64,000 nt of DNA from the human T2T-CHM13v2.0 reference genome, Homo sapiens: the NCBI RefSeq assembly GCF_009914755.1, contig NC_060925.1; one strand, 5' to 3'. The notes under the pieces were generated by a model. That model worked only from the letters and a program-made list of their open reading frames with translations. It was not told the DNA's origin and did not search any database. Below, one piece after another: positions 15,951 to 32,950 of this stretch. Numbering within the stretch: position 1 is the first letter of the stretch; each line of letters opens with the position of its first letter. A program made the position numbers and the translations under genes.

Positions 15951-16908
15951 TAGTGCCTAAAACAGCTAGCTTTAGCTCTTATTTTTAAAGTAACCAACAC
16001 CAAGAAAGTCCTAATAGTTTTATACATACCTACGTCAGACAATTTTTAAAAAGTGGCGGTAATTAAATTCAATGACAATTTGGGTGGCTTCTTGTTTAAG
16101 ACATGAAACTAAAAGCCAAAAGGAGCTCAAAGATGAAGTCCACTTGTCATTGCCTTGAAAAAATTAAAGTATAATAAATAATGACATGGAAATAACTAAT
16201 ATAGAGCAAAATTTTAGACTTATAAGTGAGAGATCAGGTGATGGAATAGAAGGGGCAGACAGGAAGATTTTATGGAGGAAATAACCTTTCAACTGGACCT
16301 TGAAGAAATAGCAAGACTTTGACAGACAAAGAGGAGGATATTCCACGCACAAGGAACTAAATAACATCCATGAAAAAAATCAATAAAGCCCATGCCTATG
16401 TTGACATTTCTGTTCTCAACTGAACAGTCACTTCAGTTACCTGAAGACTGTCTCTCTTTCTTTGAGTTGTTAATCTAAAGTTGTGCTTCTGAGCAGAGCT
16501 ATTTTTATTTCCAGAAGTACCACCTACCAAACTAGAGATCAGCCACTGTCACTAAGTTATAGCCCAACTACTTCACGTGGGCCTAGCCCTAGGCAAGTTG
16601 AAGGCCTACGGAGAATTTAAGGGTGTGTAAATTCCCAATAATTAAAAAATTTAGACAATCCAATCACGCTGAAAGAGAGTGGCCTATAGTAGCAAGTGTA
16701 AAGGCTCTAGAAGAGATGATTGGGACTTGGTTATCTACTAACATTGAACCTAGTTTCAATTCATTGTCCTTTTGGAGACTTTCATCAACTATTCTTAGTG
16801 CAATAGGTTCTGTCAGTGCCTGGTACATAGTAGGTGCACAATACATATTAGGTAAGATATAGAACTTTTTTTTTACATGGCTTTCTACCCTCTTTGTAAT
16901 AAAAACTA

Positions 16909-17274
<366 letters not shown>

Positions 17275-17319
17275 TTATGTCCAAAATATTGATGCTTTGT
17301 GTACCTCTTCAGTTTGCAG

Positions 17320-17500
17320 GATGTTTTCTCTACAATATCTTATTGGATTCTCACAACAGTCTAGTGGGATCAGTAGGACAAATACCAGTATTGCTGTTTT
17401 ACAGATGGAACTACTGAGATTCATGGAGGTCAGGAGACTTGTCCAAGATCAGAAAACCCAAACCTAGATTTAGGCTTAGACATGTCGTCAGTCCTACTTT
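17320..17500 (-). mobile_element. MIR
   Basis: ttctcacaac...ttttacagatggaactactgag...acttgtccaagatca. Confidence 0.7.
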
Positions 17501-20500
17501 TCACAGTGTCACAGTTTCCAGACATTAGCAGCATTCCTTATTAGTCTTGCTTAATATTTCTGGCATCAACCATATTAATGTGACATGGTTTATGTAACAA
17601 CTAATTATATGTCTATCTATCTTTCTATCTATAATCTATCAAGAGAGCAATATATGTAAACAGAAATGACAAAAGCATTTGTATTTTATTTTCAAGTATA
17701 AAAACATACTTTTCATTTAAAAATCCTAATGACAAAGCATTGGTTTAAGCTTAACATTATGGTAATGTTCATGAATAGATTACAGAACAGTTAGAAAAAA
17801 TTTTAGCTAAATACCTTAACATTTTTCAGAAAATGCTTCTAGATTTTGCTAGAATTGGATCAATGAGTTATTTCTGAGCATAAATGACATGCGGTGCTAA
17901 TTGTATTCCTGACATAAAATGTCCTCAAGTTTTCTTTGGCCAATGGACTAAGAACAAGGAGCCTGCCTTACATTTCACAGATCTAAATAATAATTTGATG
18001 GTTAGCTCATTACAGGGAATGTGGTAGTGTAAAACAGCCATAGTACATCTATCCCGGAATTTTAGGGTTCCTATAGAATCCCTCCATGATTTGTTTATGA
18101 TGTAGAGATGATTGACTCTGTCAGTTACTAATAAATGGTAAATAAAAAAGTAACCTGTGATATTAAAGTACTACATTAGCTACATTGTGATTAAATTACA
18201 GTAACACCACCAGCTATAAAGCTTTATAGAATCTTCTCAACCATGCAGTAATTCTCCTAACTATACTATTATGTAGAGCACAAATATTTCTTTGTAAGTC
18301 CAAAGCAATACATCAGGGAAGCGTTTACTGCTGAAGCTAGATTGAGAGTAAATGCATCTTGGGTTGCTATGAATAAAAGCTCTAGCTTCTCATTACTTTA
18401 TGACAAGACACAGAAATTCACTTTACTTTTCATTTAAGGTTTTCGGCTTCCGTTTATAGATGTATGCCTTCACGCTTTTATTCCCTTCTTGCTTCAGCCG
18501 TACGTAATAAATGATTATAAATTTTCACATTTGACCACCTCTCTGCTAGTCTCATGCTTAATGCACAAAGTTAGGAAGCTGCAGGTAAAATTTCACAAAC
18601 ACTTTTATTTATGATGTTGTCCTTGGTAACGGAAATTTCAATGTACTGAAATGAAAAGTATGATTAAAGGGATACGACGTCCTGACAAGGATAGTAGAGG
18701 GCAGCCTTCTATTTCCTACTGAAAATATATAATACCTTTTTGACATCAATTTCATAGAGAATAGACATGGGTTAGTCATGGAAAAAAGACACAAACATGT
18801 TTCCAACTTCAGTTTTCTTGAATGTTTGCTCTTATAACTTATATTAGAAGTATCTCCTCTGGATTGATGAGCTTGTGAATTGAAAAAAAATTTTTTATCC
18901 CAATTAAAATGTAATATGAAGGACTGAACAGAAATTGAGGAAAAATATAATTTGGAACACATGAGTTCTTTTTCTGGAAAGCAAAAGAAGTGGAAAAGTA
19001 CTGGTTTTTTCAAACCATTTTAATCATTGCAATAACTGATTTTATTATTTTAAATCTCTATGTAGTGAGAAAGAAAGAATCAAGAAAGATTGGAAAAGTT
19101 AAAAACGTTCATAAACATAGTTGTTTAGTTTCTTGTGTATTTCCCAAAAATTGCCATTAAGCAAACAAAATGCAACCCTCGTGTGCTTCCTGTTTATAAA
19201 GTTAAATATCTTTGAGTATTTGAGGCTATATGATTTCCCCTTTTCCTATCATTTAGGGTGAAAAAGAAATTAAACAATTGGTAGGACTTCCCCTAGTAAA
19301 GTCACTTCTCAAATAAAATTCTGCTGCTACAAAGTACAGTTTCTGTGCCTGGAAATTAGAATTGCTTGAGACATACTAGTTTCACCCACAAGTCTTATTC
19401 TAGTCTCCTACCAGTTAATAAAATGTGTTATCAGGAGACTTGAGTTCAAGGATCATTATAATTCCTTCAGCCTTGTACTGCCACAGCAGGGCGTGAGAGC
19501 TATTTCCTACTCAATGGAAGAAGATATAACATCTTGATTTCAAATCTCTGAAAACAAGATATTGTGGAAACTTTAAAATATATATCCTCTTGATTTCATA
19601 GCTATGGAAATAAGAAACTGGAAACTTAGTTTAAATAGCTACAGATTTAGCCAGGATGTGACCAATCTCTGGCATTGATACCTGGATTATCTTTAGGATA
19701 TTCTGTGTTCCTAGCTTCAATGTCATGAATTCACTCACAATGTATCTACTGAATTTCCACGTTGTGCTGAGCACCATGCCAAGCCCAGGAAGGAGAGAAG
19801 ACGCACAAAATGCATCAAGCATAGTGCATGTTGCTCAGGAGCATACAGTCTGGCAAAGGAGATAAGACTTGCACACGAATAACTAAAATTACAAATCAGC
19901 AAATAATCAGAGCCAGATGAGGAGAGAGAGAAATTCCACGAAATTATGCCGCATGGAAAAGGCCCTGCACAACTGCCATGTGCTGGTTGCTGGGAGTTTG
20001 GGTGATCTATTCGTCGGTCTCAGTTCATGGCTTGGGCAGAGGTCAGTAAAGTCAGTAGATTTGAGCGCCGCCAGTTAAGGACCAGGAGCTAAAGCCCCTG
20101 CAGTGTCCTTGGTGCCACAGAGTGATCCAGAGCACAGATAGAACAGAAAAGACAGGAAGAAAGAGGAAGAGGGACGGGTCTAGAGAACAGGAGGTAAGAC
20201 AGCATCAAATGCTCAGTAATGTGCGTGTGATGACACAGGGTGAGTTGAAAAGATCCTTGAAAGACACCATGCCGGTTTTGCATCAGTGAAAATAAGAGGA
20301 TTTCAAAAGCCTAGGCAGAGGGCTTGCTGTATGCCACACGTCCACAGTCAATTACATTTTTAGGAAAGTATTCTACTCATGCATAGGCTAAAAAAATGTA
20401 GTCTGTGTAGCGTTTCAACAACCTCGCAGCTTTCTTCCATAACTGTTCCTACAAATACTTTCTGACAGCTTCCATTTGTTGCTTGGCTATTGCAGAACCC

Positions 20501-21337
20501 TGAAAAATATATTATGTCTCATGTCAGTTATAAAAATAACACCACAAATTATAACCAAAACAAAATTACCCAGTAATTATCATTTAGATGTCCATTTTAA
20601 TCCTTTTCAGAGTTACCTTTACTTTAGGAGCCAGACAATTTAACACAAGGCAAGCTGGAGGGGTTTATTTAAATCTTTCTCTTTACCATGTGCTGTGATA
20701 ATATCTGAAATCTACCTTTCTGAGCACTCTGTGACTGCCTTAATCTCAAGAGCACTTCTAAATACATTGAATACTAACAGCCTTAAATTTGACGAAAATA
20801 GGCATAGTAAACATGTGGTGTCAATTATGGGAAAACCCGAACAAAGGTTAGAGGAATAAGAACAGAGCTCACATTTTCTTTTAACTTGTTAATGTCTCTG
20901 ACCCTTTTGTACAAAAATCACTTTAATCAACATTATATACATTTCATTGTGGCCTTACCATTTAACAGCCTGTAAAAAATGTTTGGCTATCAATTATACA
21001 CATCAAGTTGATATGCTCCAGGACTGGGGGCCATTTATGCTTGCAATTAGATCTGAGGGGACTTGAGGAGACCCACATGGTTAGCCAGCCCTCCTTTCTC
21101 CACCCGACTCAGCTTTTTTGAAGCTTGCAGAGATGAGGAAGCTTAATTAAACTTATCGGAGATCTCTTTTTCCATCCTAGAAATTGGAGAGCCATGATCA
21201 TAGGTATAGAGATGTTGAAATCTAGGTCCTTCTTTCTTCTCCTCTTATACCATCCCCTCTCCCATGTACTCACATAGCCACAGTCACATACACATGCAGA
21301 TTTTAGTCAAACAAATTTGTTAAAAATAGATTCTTAG

Positions 21338-21480
21338 ACCAGCCACGGTGGCTCACACCTGTAACCTCAGTACTTTGCAGGCGGATGGTGGAGATTACTT
21401 GAGGCCAGGAGTTTGAGACCAGCCTGGGCAAATAGGTAGACCACATCTCAGAAATAAATAAAAAGCAAAAAATAAAAATA
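21338..21480 (+). mobile_element. FLAM
   Basis: Left monomer plus A tail; TSD tagattctt. Confidence 0.85.
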
Positions 21481-24400
21481 AGTAGATTCTTGACTTGCTT
21501 TGGGTCTCATCAGAAGCCAAAACAATCATCCAAGTCTAAGTATGGCCACTGATGTCTGCAGTGCTGGTGTGAGAGATTGGGTCAGTGCACACCAATTCTC
21601 CACCCATAATCACAAATCAGAGGCCACACCATGGCTTCCAGCCTCCTAATCCTGTATAAAAGTTGATGGGGTGTGCAATCTAAAATGATAAGAAAAGATT
21701 CTCAATTAAGCGGTCTTGAACTGGTGCAGTTTCAGACCCAACTCAACAACCCCAGATCTTCTTTAGCAATCCACAGAGAAGAAGGATTAATGTTCAGCTG
21801 TGCTAACAAATATTTTAAATGGTGTTCTACATACATCTGAGGGCTACGAAGGTTAGCACTCCAAAGCAGGTAAATATTTGGCTTCTTTTATTTTACTTCA
21901 TGGATTCTTCCTTTCCTTTCCTTCCCTGCAACCTCATACTCTGAGATAAGAGGACCCAGCCACTGGATCTCAAAGCAAATGTTAAAATACCACTCCCTCC
22001 ACATTCATTCAGCCACTCAAATATTTAATTAGTGTCTATCATATCTAAGGCATTATGCTAGGTACTGTTTTCAATTTAGTACGAGTACTTTTTATAATAC
22101 AATATTCCACAGACAGTGTGTTAGAGTCAAATTCATCTTTACATGATGTAGTACCAAATTCCAAAAAAAGAACTTCCCTTTTAGATTGGGCAGTCTGAGG
22201 AATTAGGGAAAAAAAAAAAAACATCTCCAAATATCAGTTCGGAGGAGCCATCCACTCTTCAACCTTACAGGAGGCGGGGAAGGTGGGATTTTGATGTTCA
22301 CAAGCCCATTAAGACAATTTTCAAATGCCATGGCTTGGCTGATACATAGAACATTAAGAATATTTTGAGGCAGTCTGCTGTGTGCAAGGAGCATCTATTT
22401 TAATTGGTGCATTTTGATGGTAACAATGTTGTAGTCTATGGTCTCTTCCTCCGTGTGTTCACGTGTTAAAATAAATAGTGGTGTACATAGCAAGGGAAGG
22501 CGAGAAAACATATTGCCATATCTTTATTAATATTCTACTATTGTATGATCTTAGCACTTTTTGGCTTTGCTCCTGAAAGCATGTTTTCTTCTTGTGCTTG
22601 TTCCTGAGGCAGTGTTCAACATACTAGACTAATGAATAAGTCATTATTTATTGGAAGTCTTTGTATATATGAATCGGAAATACTACTTCCCATCTAAAGA
22701 TCTAATTGTGTATCTCTTGTGGAGGTAAATACCCATATAGATCAATTTTTTATTAAAAATGGGTATATTTTGTTTAAGGGAGCATTTTAAAAATATCATT
22801 TCTATTTGTAGACCCAACTGTTAACTATTTATTAAAATGTCAACGTCTAAAAGTCTCACATAGGTATAGTCTCCTACTCATACCCTCCTGGGCTTAAAAT
22901 AGGTCTATGCATCCCCAAAACTACCTAAGAAAATGGGAGACACTCGTTGAAAAATATTAGCATGTCTGCTTTCTGGTTTAATACTGGTTAGTTTTTGAAG
23001 TTCAGTAAAATTTTGATGTTCAGTAAAAATGCAGTAATCACATATTTGTTGATTAGATTTTATTATAAACAATACTTCATGGTTTTATGAAGTGTTACAA
23101 ATTGCCTATAAATGAACTTGGACTATTTTAATTGGTTTAAGAAGAGCCAAAAGGAAGAAAGTTTGGATTCATTTTTAAAATCTGAAAATATGTGGTGATA
23201 GAAACAAGGAAGAAAAGGAAGTTTCTTGGTTCTTTTCTCCACTCCAGGAGAGATGAAGCATATGCATGAGTTATTACAATGCATTGATCTGACTCCAACC
23301 TGAAGTTACCAAGGTTTTATAAGGCTGCAATAAAGCTTTCTTTGCATTAACCAGCCAAGCACATAAACATTTTAATGAACTGTTTTTACATGGTTCATTG
23401 GGCAGCTACCAGGCTACTATAATACAAATCACCACTCCGCCACATCCAGCTTTCTCATGATGGCTGTACTTTTTTCAGCTTACCAAATGCAAATTGAATA
23501 TCACAGCTATGGAGCTTAATCAAATATTTGACTATTCGAGCATAGGAAATTCTCAAGCCCAGAATTTACTGTATTCTAGGATAGTCTATTCAAAGAACTG
23601 AATCTTAGAGAATTTTTACTCTCGAGCTTCTAAACCAAAAGTGAAGTTTATTGTGATAATCATTTGAGACCACTAAAAAATAAGATCCTCAAAGTCACCA
23701 CTCTGTGTTAAAATGGTTTTAGGCAATGAATGACAGTGTGGCTATGAGAAGCAAGTAGCTGAATCATCATTAGTCACAGAAGAGATGGTATCCCCAAACT
23801 GATATTTCTCTTAGTGACCTGAAGGCTTGAATGAATTATTGAACTCAATACCAATGCAGATCAAATCTCCTTGGAATAATTAAGGATCATTACTGACAAA
23901 CATTTGTGTACGTTCTAGTCAACACTTAAAGTAACACTAAATTATAAAATATCATGTATTCTGAGAGCTTCATGACATTGTATTTTTAAGATTAAAGATT
24001 AGCCCAACACATAATTTAATAATGAATGCAAATTATAAATGAATATTTAACAAACCATACCACATTTTATGTCTTAACATCTGTTCTGCCAGTGGTATGA
24101 CTGAATGAAAAATGGCTCCATGATGTATTGTCCTGCTGCCTAATGCTCCAGTGGAAACAAGGTGTTTTCACCTTGATGCGGCCTTTAAAATAAATTAATT
24201 TGTTAACATTTAAAAATGCAGTGTAACCGATGACATAAAACATTCATAAGACAGTTTATGACCCAACCAACCATGTTCTAATCCAATAATATTTATTAAA
24301 ACATTTTATTTGACTAATCATTTCATGGCCAAGATTTGGAAATGTTTGTTTTTCAGGTTGAGTCAAAGATTTAAATGGTTCTAATGGCACCATAAAGATG

Positions 24401-25023
24401 TTATATGGTGTTAATATAACTTGAGTATTAAAAATATAATGAATTTGCTATTTATGAACCATTAAGTTTTGCCTCACCCCCAGCATAAATTTTATATCAT
24501 TACAGACCTATTAATACATCTTCCCTAGGATATACACATTCACAAGCCAAATTTATAGATACATAAAGATATGTCAGAATTTTTTTTTTATTCTGGAAAG
24601 TGTGTTTGCATTGAACAGAGGATATAAAATGGTGCTTTTTTCACTTTAAGTTTTCTTCATAGTTATCACCTTAGTGTTTCTAAGCTAGGAATCACTCCAT
24701 ATATTAATAAAACATGGGTCAGATAAGCAACTTCATTCTAGTAGAAGTTTTTAACTCCTCTGCTAACTTAAAACCAGGCGAGAAAGCTTTCTTTCTTATT
24801 TCTTATTGAAAATTAAAGAATGTTAGATTTTTCCAGCTAAGCACACCATTTAAACTTAGCAATTCTGGGACTATAACATAGTTATTCTAGCTTTTAAAAC
24901 ATTTGTATATACAAACATATTTGCCAGTAAGACATTGGAGATATTCTCAAAATCCAGCTATGGAGTAACTCTGGACCATCTGCTAGATAGAATATTATGT
25001 AAACATTAAAAATCTTGTTTTTG

Positions 25024-25738
<715 letters not shown>

Positions 25739-25808
25739 AAAAAAATTTTTTAATCTTGTCTTTGAATTATACTTAAGACCATAGCAAATGCATATTCTAA
25801 GCTAATCA

Positions 25809-26150
<342 letters not shown>

Positions 26151-26262
26151 CTAAAGAGAAAGAAAAAGTAGGGCAGGACATTGAATCTGGTGCTTGAGGA
26201 GAACTACGTAAAAGTAAAACAAAGTTCTAAAATAGATGACAATAAAAAGAAAGTTTGAGTAG

Positions 26263-26620
<358 letters not shown>

Positions 26621-28008
26621 CCATATATGTAGTTTATAAAATAATTAAAAACAAAATATTTTTAAAGATAAAGAGTTTGAATTAATACTGCTAGCTTAGA
26701 ATATGCATTTTCTTCACTCTTCTGCTTTCCCTGCAGTGTATGGAGATAGTCTGAATTTAGACATGATGTTTACATATTATTGTTCTTAGGGTAACTCTTT
26801 CACTGGTATTATGTAAAATTGCATCTGTCCCAAAATGAAAGTGGAAAGTCACTGTAATAAAGAGAATGATAGGGTGACATCATCAGGCATCATAAAAAGG
26901 ATCATCTTAATTGTCGTGCACTTGTTCATTTCAAGACCACATTTATCGGCCATTTGTTTTTCCTTTCCTACAGTCTCTCTCTGCTGCTGTTCTCCCTCCT
27001 CCAGATATTTTCATTTCTTCTGCAAAGTGGAGGACTAAAACTGCAGTTTTAGGTGATTTTCAACTTACATAATCTTTCTTCAAGGTTTTTCTCAGGTTTA
27101 CCCTATACTTGCCTATGATAAAAGATTCCCTCAGTTCATAAGAGGATGGATGAAGTGGGGGCTGATGGGAGGGAAGGATCCAGGTATTTTTCAGATTTTC
27201 TTTAAACAGGAGAAGTAGAAACTTGCTGTGCTGATGAACATTTTAGCTTGGTTCCTATAAAGGCAACAGAGATCTCGTGGGATTCTTGGGAGAACTGAGG
27301 GAAGTTAATGCAGGTAAAGCACATGGAACCAGGCAAGCTTCCTGGTAAGTGCTCAGTAAATACTACCCAGCATCTTCTGCATAATCACCAATATCAGTAG
27401 TTGCTGCTTTTTTTTCCTTGCCTGCAAGATCAAAAAGGAAATCACAGTCTCGCCCCCAAAACGCTAGAATTTTTCCCTGATTCTCTGTCATAAATTTATT
27501 TTCTCTCTAAAGCTCAAACCACTCTAACAATGAAATTCTGTGCTTTAAAAATTCAAGCGAATGAGCAGATTTTAACAATTACAATTGCAAAAAGTTGGAT
27601 GCTTTTCCAGAAGTGCTTATAAAACTGGTAAGCAAAGGAGATAGATAAAATCAAAACAAAAGATCTGTTCTCATCACGTTTAGTAAGAGCAATGCTGGCT
27701 TTACTGATGACTTCAGTAGTCAGAAACCTGGATGACATTCATCTCCCTCTCCACTACCCCCACTCCCAAAAAGAGGAACACCCACCTGTATCAGAATATC
27801 ACTGCATCCTGATCTTATTCTCATGCTTCAGTGCCATACCTGATCACACCAGAGCTGTTACTGCTTGTGATTACTCATCCAATATCTATTTTTCACCTTG
27901 CAATAGATCCATACAAGGGACAAGGGCAGGGTTTGGCGAGAGAATTTCCTACAAATCCTTAACCTAGGGAAAGCAATACTTTTCAGGTTTAAAGCCAGGG
28001 TAGGGTTT

Positions 28009-28308
28009 GGCCAGGTGCCGGTGGCTCACGCCTTTAATCCCAGCACTTTGGGAGGCTGAGGCGGGCGGATCACAAGGTCAAGAGATCGAAACCATTCTGG
28101 CCAACATTGTGAAACTCCGTCTCTACTGAAAATACAAAAATTAGCTGGGCGTGGTGGCACACGCCTGTAGTCCCAGCTACTCAGGAGGCTGAGGCAGGAG
28201 AATTGCCTGAACCTGAGAGATGGAGATTGTAGTTAGCCGAGATTGCGCCACTGCACTCCAGCCTGGGCAACAGAGTGAGACTGTCTCCAAAAAAAAGAAA
28301 AAAAAAAA
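28009..28308 (+). mobile_element. AluSc-like
   Basis: ggatcacaaggtcaagagatcgaaacc diagnostic. Confidence 0.9.
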
Positions 28309-28840
28309 AGTCATGGCAGAGTTTGACAGATGGGGCCGCCAATTTCTATCAAAGCTTATCAGCTGTGGGAGTCACAACAGGATGGTGTCAACCCCAGGAT
28401 ATCAGGTCCCAGATGAAACCCAACTTTCTTTGCTGTTTCAGAAGCCACCTAGAAAGTAGAAATGGGAAGCAAATTCACTAATTCCCCCTTGTCAGTTAGC
28501 AAACTTTCTAAATGCTTTTTGTGTGCCCTTGAATTTGGACATCCCCTTTTCTACAGTCAGCCTGGAACATTTATAAAGTGGAAGCCACTGAACTGTCTAA
28601 AGGCCTTTAGAAAATTGTCTAAGCATCTTTGCAATTGCCTCTTTTCTTCCAAGCCTACCCCCACCTGACCCCTTGGATGTGGACCACACATACGATGCTA
28701 TGCCATAAGCATCAAACATTTCCCACTTGTGATTTTATGCCAAATCATAACCATGATTCAGAACACTAAAGTGCTCTGTTTCATTCTAACCTAGTTTCCT
28801 GTAAACTACATACAGTGATAGTTTCTTTTTTGTTTTTCAG

Positions 28841-29032
28841 AGTGGAGGAAGAAGAGAATCACCACATATCGTATTTAGAGGTCCTGCAGAAAGGGCAGAG
28901 CGAGTTTCATGTTTGAGTGCAACGGATGCATGGGCAAAGCATTACACAGCCGCTCCATGGAAGTGACAATGAGCCTTGTCTTTCACACGTAACTCCAGGA
29001 ACCAGGGGAAACAAAACCAATTCCACCCAGAG
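28841..29032 (+). ncRNA. Candidate plus-strand exon (3' boundary uncertain)
   Basis: Strong acceptor gtttcttttttgtttttcag, ttctaac upstream, purine-rich GAGGAAGAAGAG start; possible donors at 28989, 29033 or CAG|gcgagt at 29119. Confidence 0.3.
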
Positions 29033-31211
29033 GTACAGACAAAGAAGAGCACCCTCCCAAAGGAGCCCGCATGATAAGTGGCCACGGCGAACATCACTGT
29101 GATCAGTCAGAAAGGCAGGCGAGTTATTAGCTTAGCCCTGAACCTCCTACTTAATGTAGAACCAGTGGTGATGGTTAACAGACCCTGGCTGCAGTGACAA
29201 GCCTGGGACCTGCTCGAGGAAATCCAATTGAAAAGCAGCCAAGAGGAACAACAAGCTAGAAACAGATGTTCCAGCTACCAGGATGTGCACGCATTTAACC
29301 TGAACATGTAGTTGGGGTGGGATGGTAGCATTCGTTTCTAAATATAGTGATTTCACTTCTTCCCCCATATAGATATTGTCAAGTTTAATTATAGCCATCC
29401 ACATTAGTTTTGTCAAATTTTCAGCAATTTCTTTAAAATAAGAAGATGTCAGAATGATAACTGCTATTAAGGGAATTCAGGGTGTTTGGTTTATCTACCC
29501 AGTCTTACTAAAACATTTCAGTTAAATCATCCACTCTTAAACTCCAGTCTCATAGCAATTAAAAATTATCTTTTAAAAAATTGCCCAAATGAAATTCCAA
29601 CAGTTCATGTAATTATTTGATTTAATATTACCATGTTAGTAAAATATCTTTAAGATAGTTATATTTTCATGAGTCACTTTCTTAGTCACTTCTAGTTCCT
29701 AAATAGGGGAGTTTGGGTTGACAGAGGTGTGATAACCATGCGAACAGGGGCTAGAATATAAGCTTAACAGAATCAGTTAATTAGATTTGGAAGAGAGTTG
29801 AGTCTTGTGAACCACAGTGATATGTCATGTACATTAGGAAACATTCTCCTTTACGTCAACACAATTCTGGTTTTCTCTAATGGGCTTTATACGAGGAGAG
29901 AGACCATCTCACTGTGTTGATTTTTCTCAAGAAAAAAATCAATACTCTCAATGGATTTTAAGTAGATCTAATGTAGTACTGCACTATGCTCATAAGAAGA
30001 TAAGCATATGTAAAAGATTTTAAAATGTGAATTAATGCATGCCACACTGAAACCAGATCATACCCCACACTCATGTTGTTATTATGTGTACCTAAAGCAA
30101 AGAACAGCTGCAGAGTATTTTCTCTGGTAACACTTCATTTTTTATTGGTAGGTTTTAATCCGATACATTTTTGGGGTCACTGAATTCTTATTTGCTTTAG
30201 AATGCCCGATTATATCATTCTGCAAAGGATAAAAGGGCTTGAGCCATCATCCTGTGCTGAAATTTATTGAAGGTATTTATGAAGAGGGTGATCTTGAGGA
30301 ATGCAAGCTTTTAAAATCTAAGAACAGCAGCAAAAATAAATTAATCAGGAATCCATCACTAATTTATACATGAGTCACTTACGAGGAAGGTAAAACGGTT
30401 CAGTAAATTATGGATTTACAAATAAACTTGATTCTAGGGCCTTGGAAAATACTTCGATTGGAATATAGATCCATTTTTCCTCAAAACAATTTTCACTTCA
30501 ACTTCAGATGTAGGGGACATAAAACCAAATCCCCTCTCTGAAAATTCAAGGGGAACTCTTTTCTGGTAACGTGAGGCATGAGTGGTGATGGTTCACAGGG
30601 ATTCATCTGCTCTCCACAAACTCAGGGGTGGGACCCATCTATCGTTTTTCTAACTCATTCCCATGAATTCTAAATTGTCAACACCTAAGGTTAATGATAC
30701 CTGTCTTTTTGCTGTCATAAACAGTTAGGGTGGTTTAGCAAGAGATAAATCATCTTTACACAGAGGATTGTGCTATTGTTCTCAGCAAACAAAGGACAAA
30801 GCTTATTTCTGTATAATGTTAAACACTGTTCTAATGAAATAGGCTTTTTTTTCTTTTATGCATTAATGAAATTATTAGCCTACAACACATTTCTTTCTTG
30901 ATTTGGAACATCTGTTCTTCAAAAGTGTGTAGAGTAATAATGGAGAGTTTCTACACATCATGGCTCACTCTCATCTCAAAATATACACTGATTTTTAAGG
31001 AATGTGTAGAAGGAAAAGCCAACCATCCTTTTGATTATTGGATTAACCACCAGAGCTGCCTTCATCTGAAACATACTCCACTCGATTGAGGATGATACTT
31101 TTAGCTACTAAATAAATACACAGAGGAGGTGTGGAATAACAACTTTACCAAGAATAGCCAACAAGTTCATCTTACAACTACTATGAGCAAAAAGCGTTCA
31201 TAAAAAATATC

Positions 31212-31500
<289 letters not shown>

Positions 31501-31746
31501 CAAAAAAATATCAGAAAAAAAAATTGTTTTCACCCCTTTAAATATTAAATAATTGATTTTTTTCTGAAAATATTTCTTATACAATTCAATAAGCACACTA
31601 ATTTTAGAATGGAGGGTCATTAATGCTGTAACAAAATTGGAAATATTTGCTATTATATGTTTTTAATACACACTAGGTACATATTAAATACTATATCTGT
31701 GTAATAGTTAAACATATTAGGTAGTTCATTAGGTTCATTTAAAATT

Positions 31747-32044
31747 GGCCAAGCTCAGTAGCTCACGCCTGTAATCCCAGCATTTTTGGAGGCTGAGGCA
31801 GGCAAATCACTTGAGGTCAGGAGTTCAAGACCTGCCTGGCCAACATGGTGAAACCCCGTCTCTACAGAAAATACAAAAATGAGCTGCGCATGGTGGCATG
31901 TGCCTGTGGTCCTAGCTACTTGGGAGGCTGAGGCAGGAGAACTGCTTGAATCCAGGAGGCAGAGGTTGCAGTGAGACGAGACTGTGCACTGCACTCCAGC
32001 CTGGGTGACAGAGTTAGACTCCGTCTCAAAAAAATAAAATAATA
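31747..32044 (+). mobile_element. AluS
   Basis: Dimer with A tail. Confidence 0.92.
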
Positions 32045-32247
32045 TAATGTAAGGCCAAGGGCTCAGCAACAACGTAATGTAAGGTGCTTAGGTATAATTT
32101 TACAATTTTAAGAGAGAATGTGCTTGAGCTAGGAACCATTGAGAGAGAGTAGATGGTGGCAATAGTCAGTCAATTGTGCTACAAATACATTGCAATGGAA
32201 AATATATCATACACTACAAAATTTTACAAAAGTAGCAAACAAAAAAC

Positions 32248-32577
<330 letters not shown>

Positions 32578-32950
32578 TAAATGGTTTTCCCCTACCAGCC
32601 TTCCCCCACCACACATATACACTTTTTCTGATTCTGTTTTACCATAATGATGACACAGGTGCTTAACCAGCTCCGTGAGCTATTGGGGTGGCTCCTTGCC
32701 TTGATTTAGTCTTGTGCCCACACACTGACCCATGCAGACTTAGCCATGCATCCAGCACAAATTACGCTATTTTACATGTTTGGTTTAATGTATTCGTACC
32801 TGCTAGACATTGTAGCCAAAAGATTGTTTGCTGCCTAATCCTAGCCAGCTCTTAGGGTGACTGCCTAAGCCTGTATTGCTGGCTTCACAAGTTTTTTTGT
32901 TTCAGGTAAATAAAAATCAAAGAGCGTTCGAGGCAGCCGCATTGACTCAC

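Noticed and set aside
18609-19013. 134-aa minus-strand ORF
   Set aside because: Non-ATG start, AT-rich composition, no recognisable domain or exon boundaries.
32647-32730. ATGATGA ... CTGA spacing resembling a C/D-box snoRNA (also about 5727-5781 on the minus strand)
   Set aside because: No terminal stem and no rRNA or snRNA guide that I can recognise; such motif pairs are expected by chance in 64 kb.
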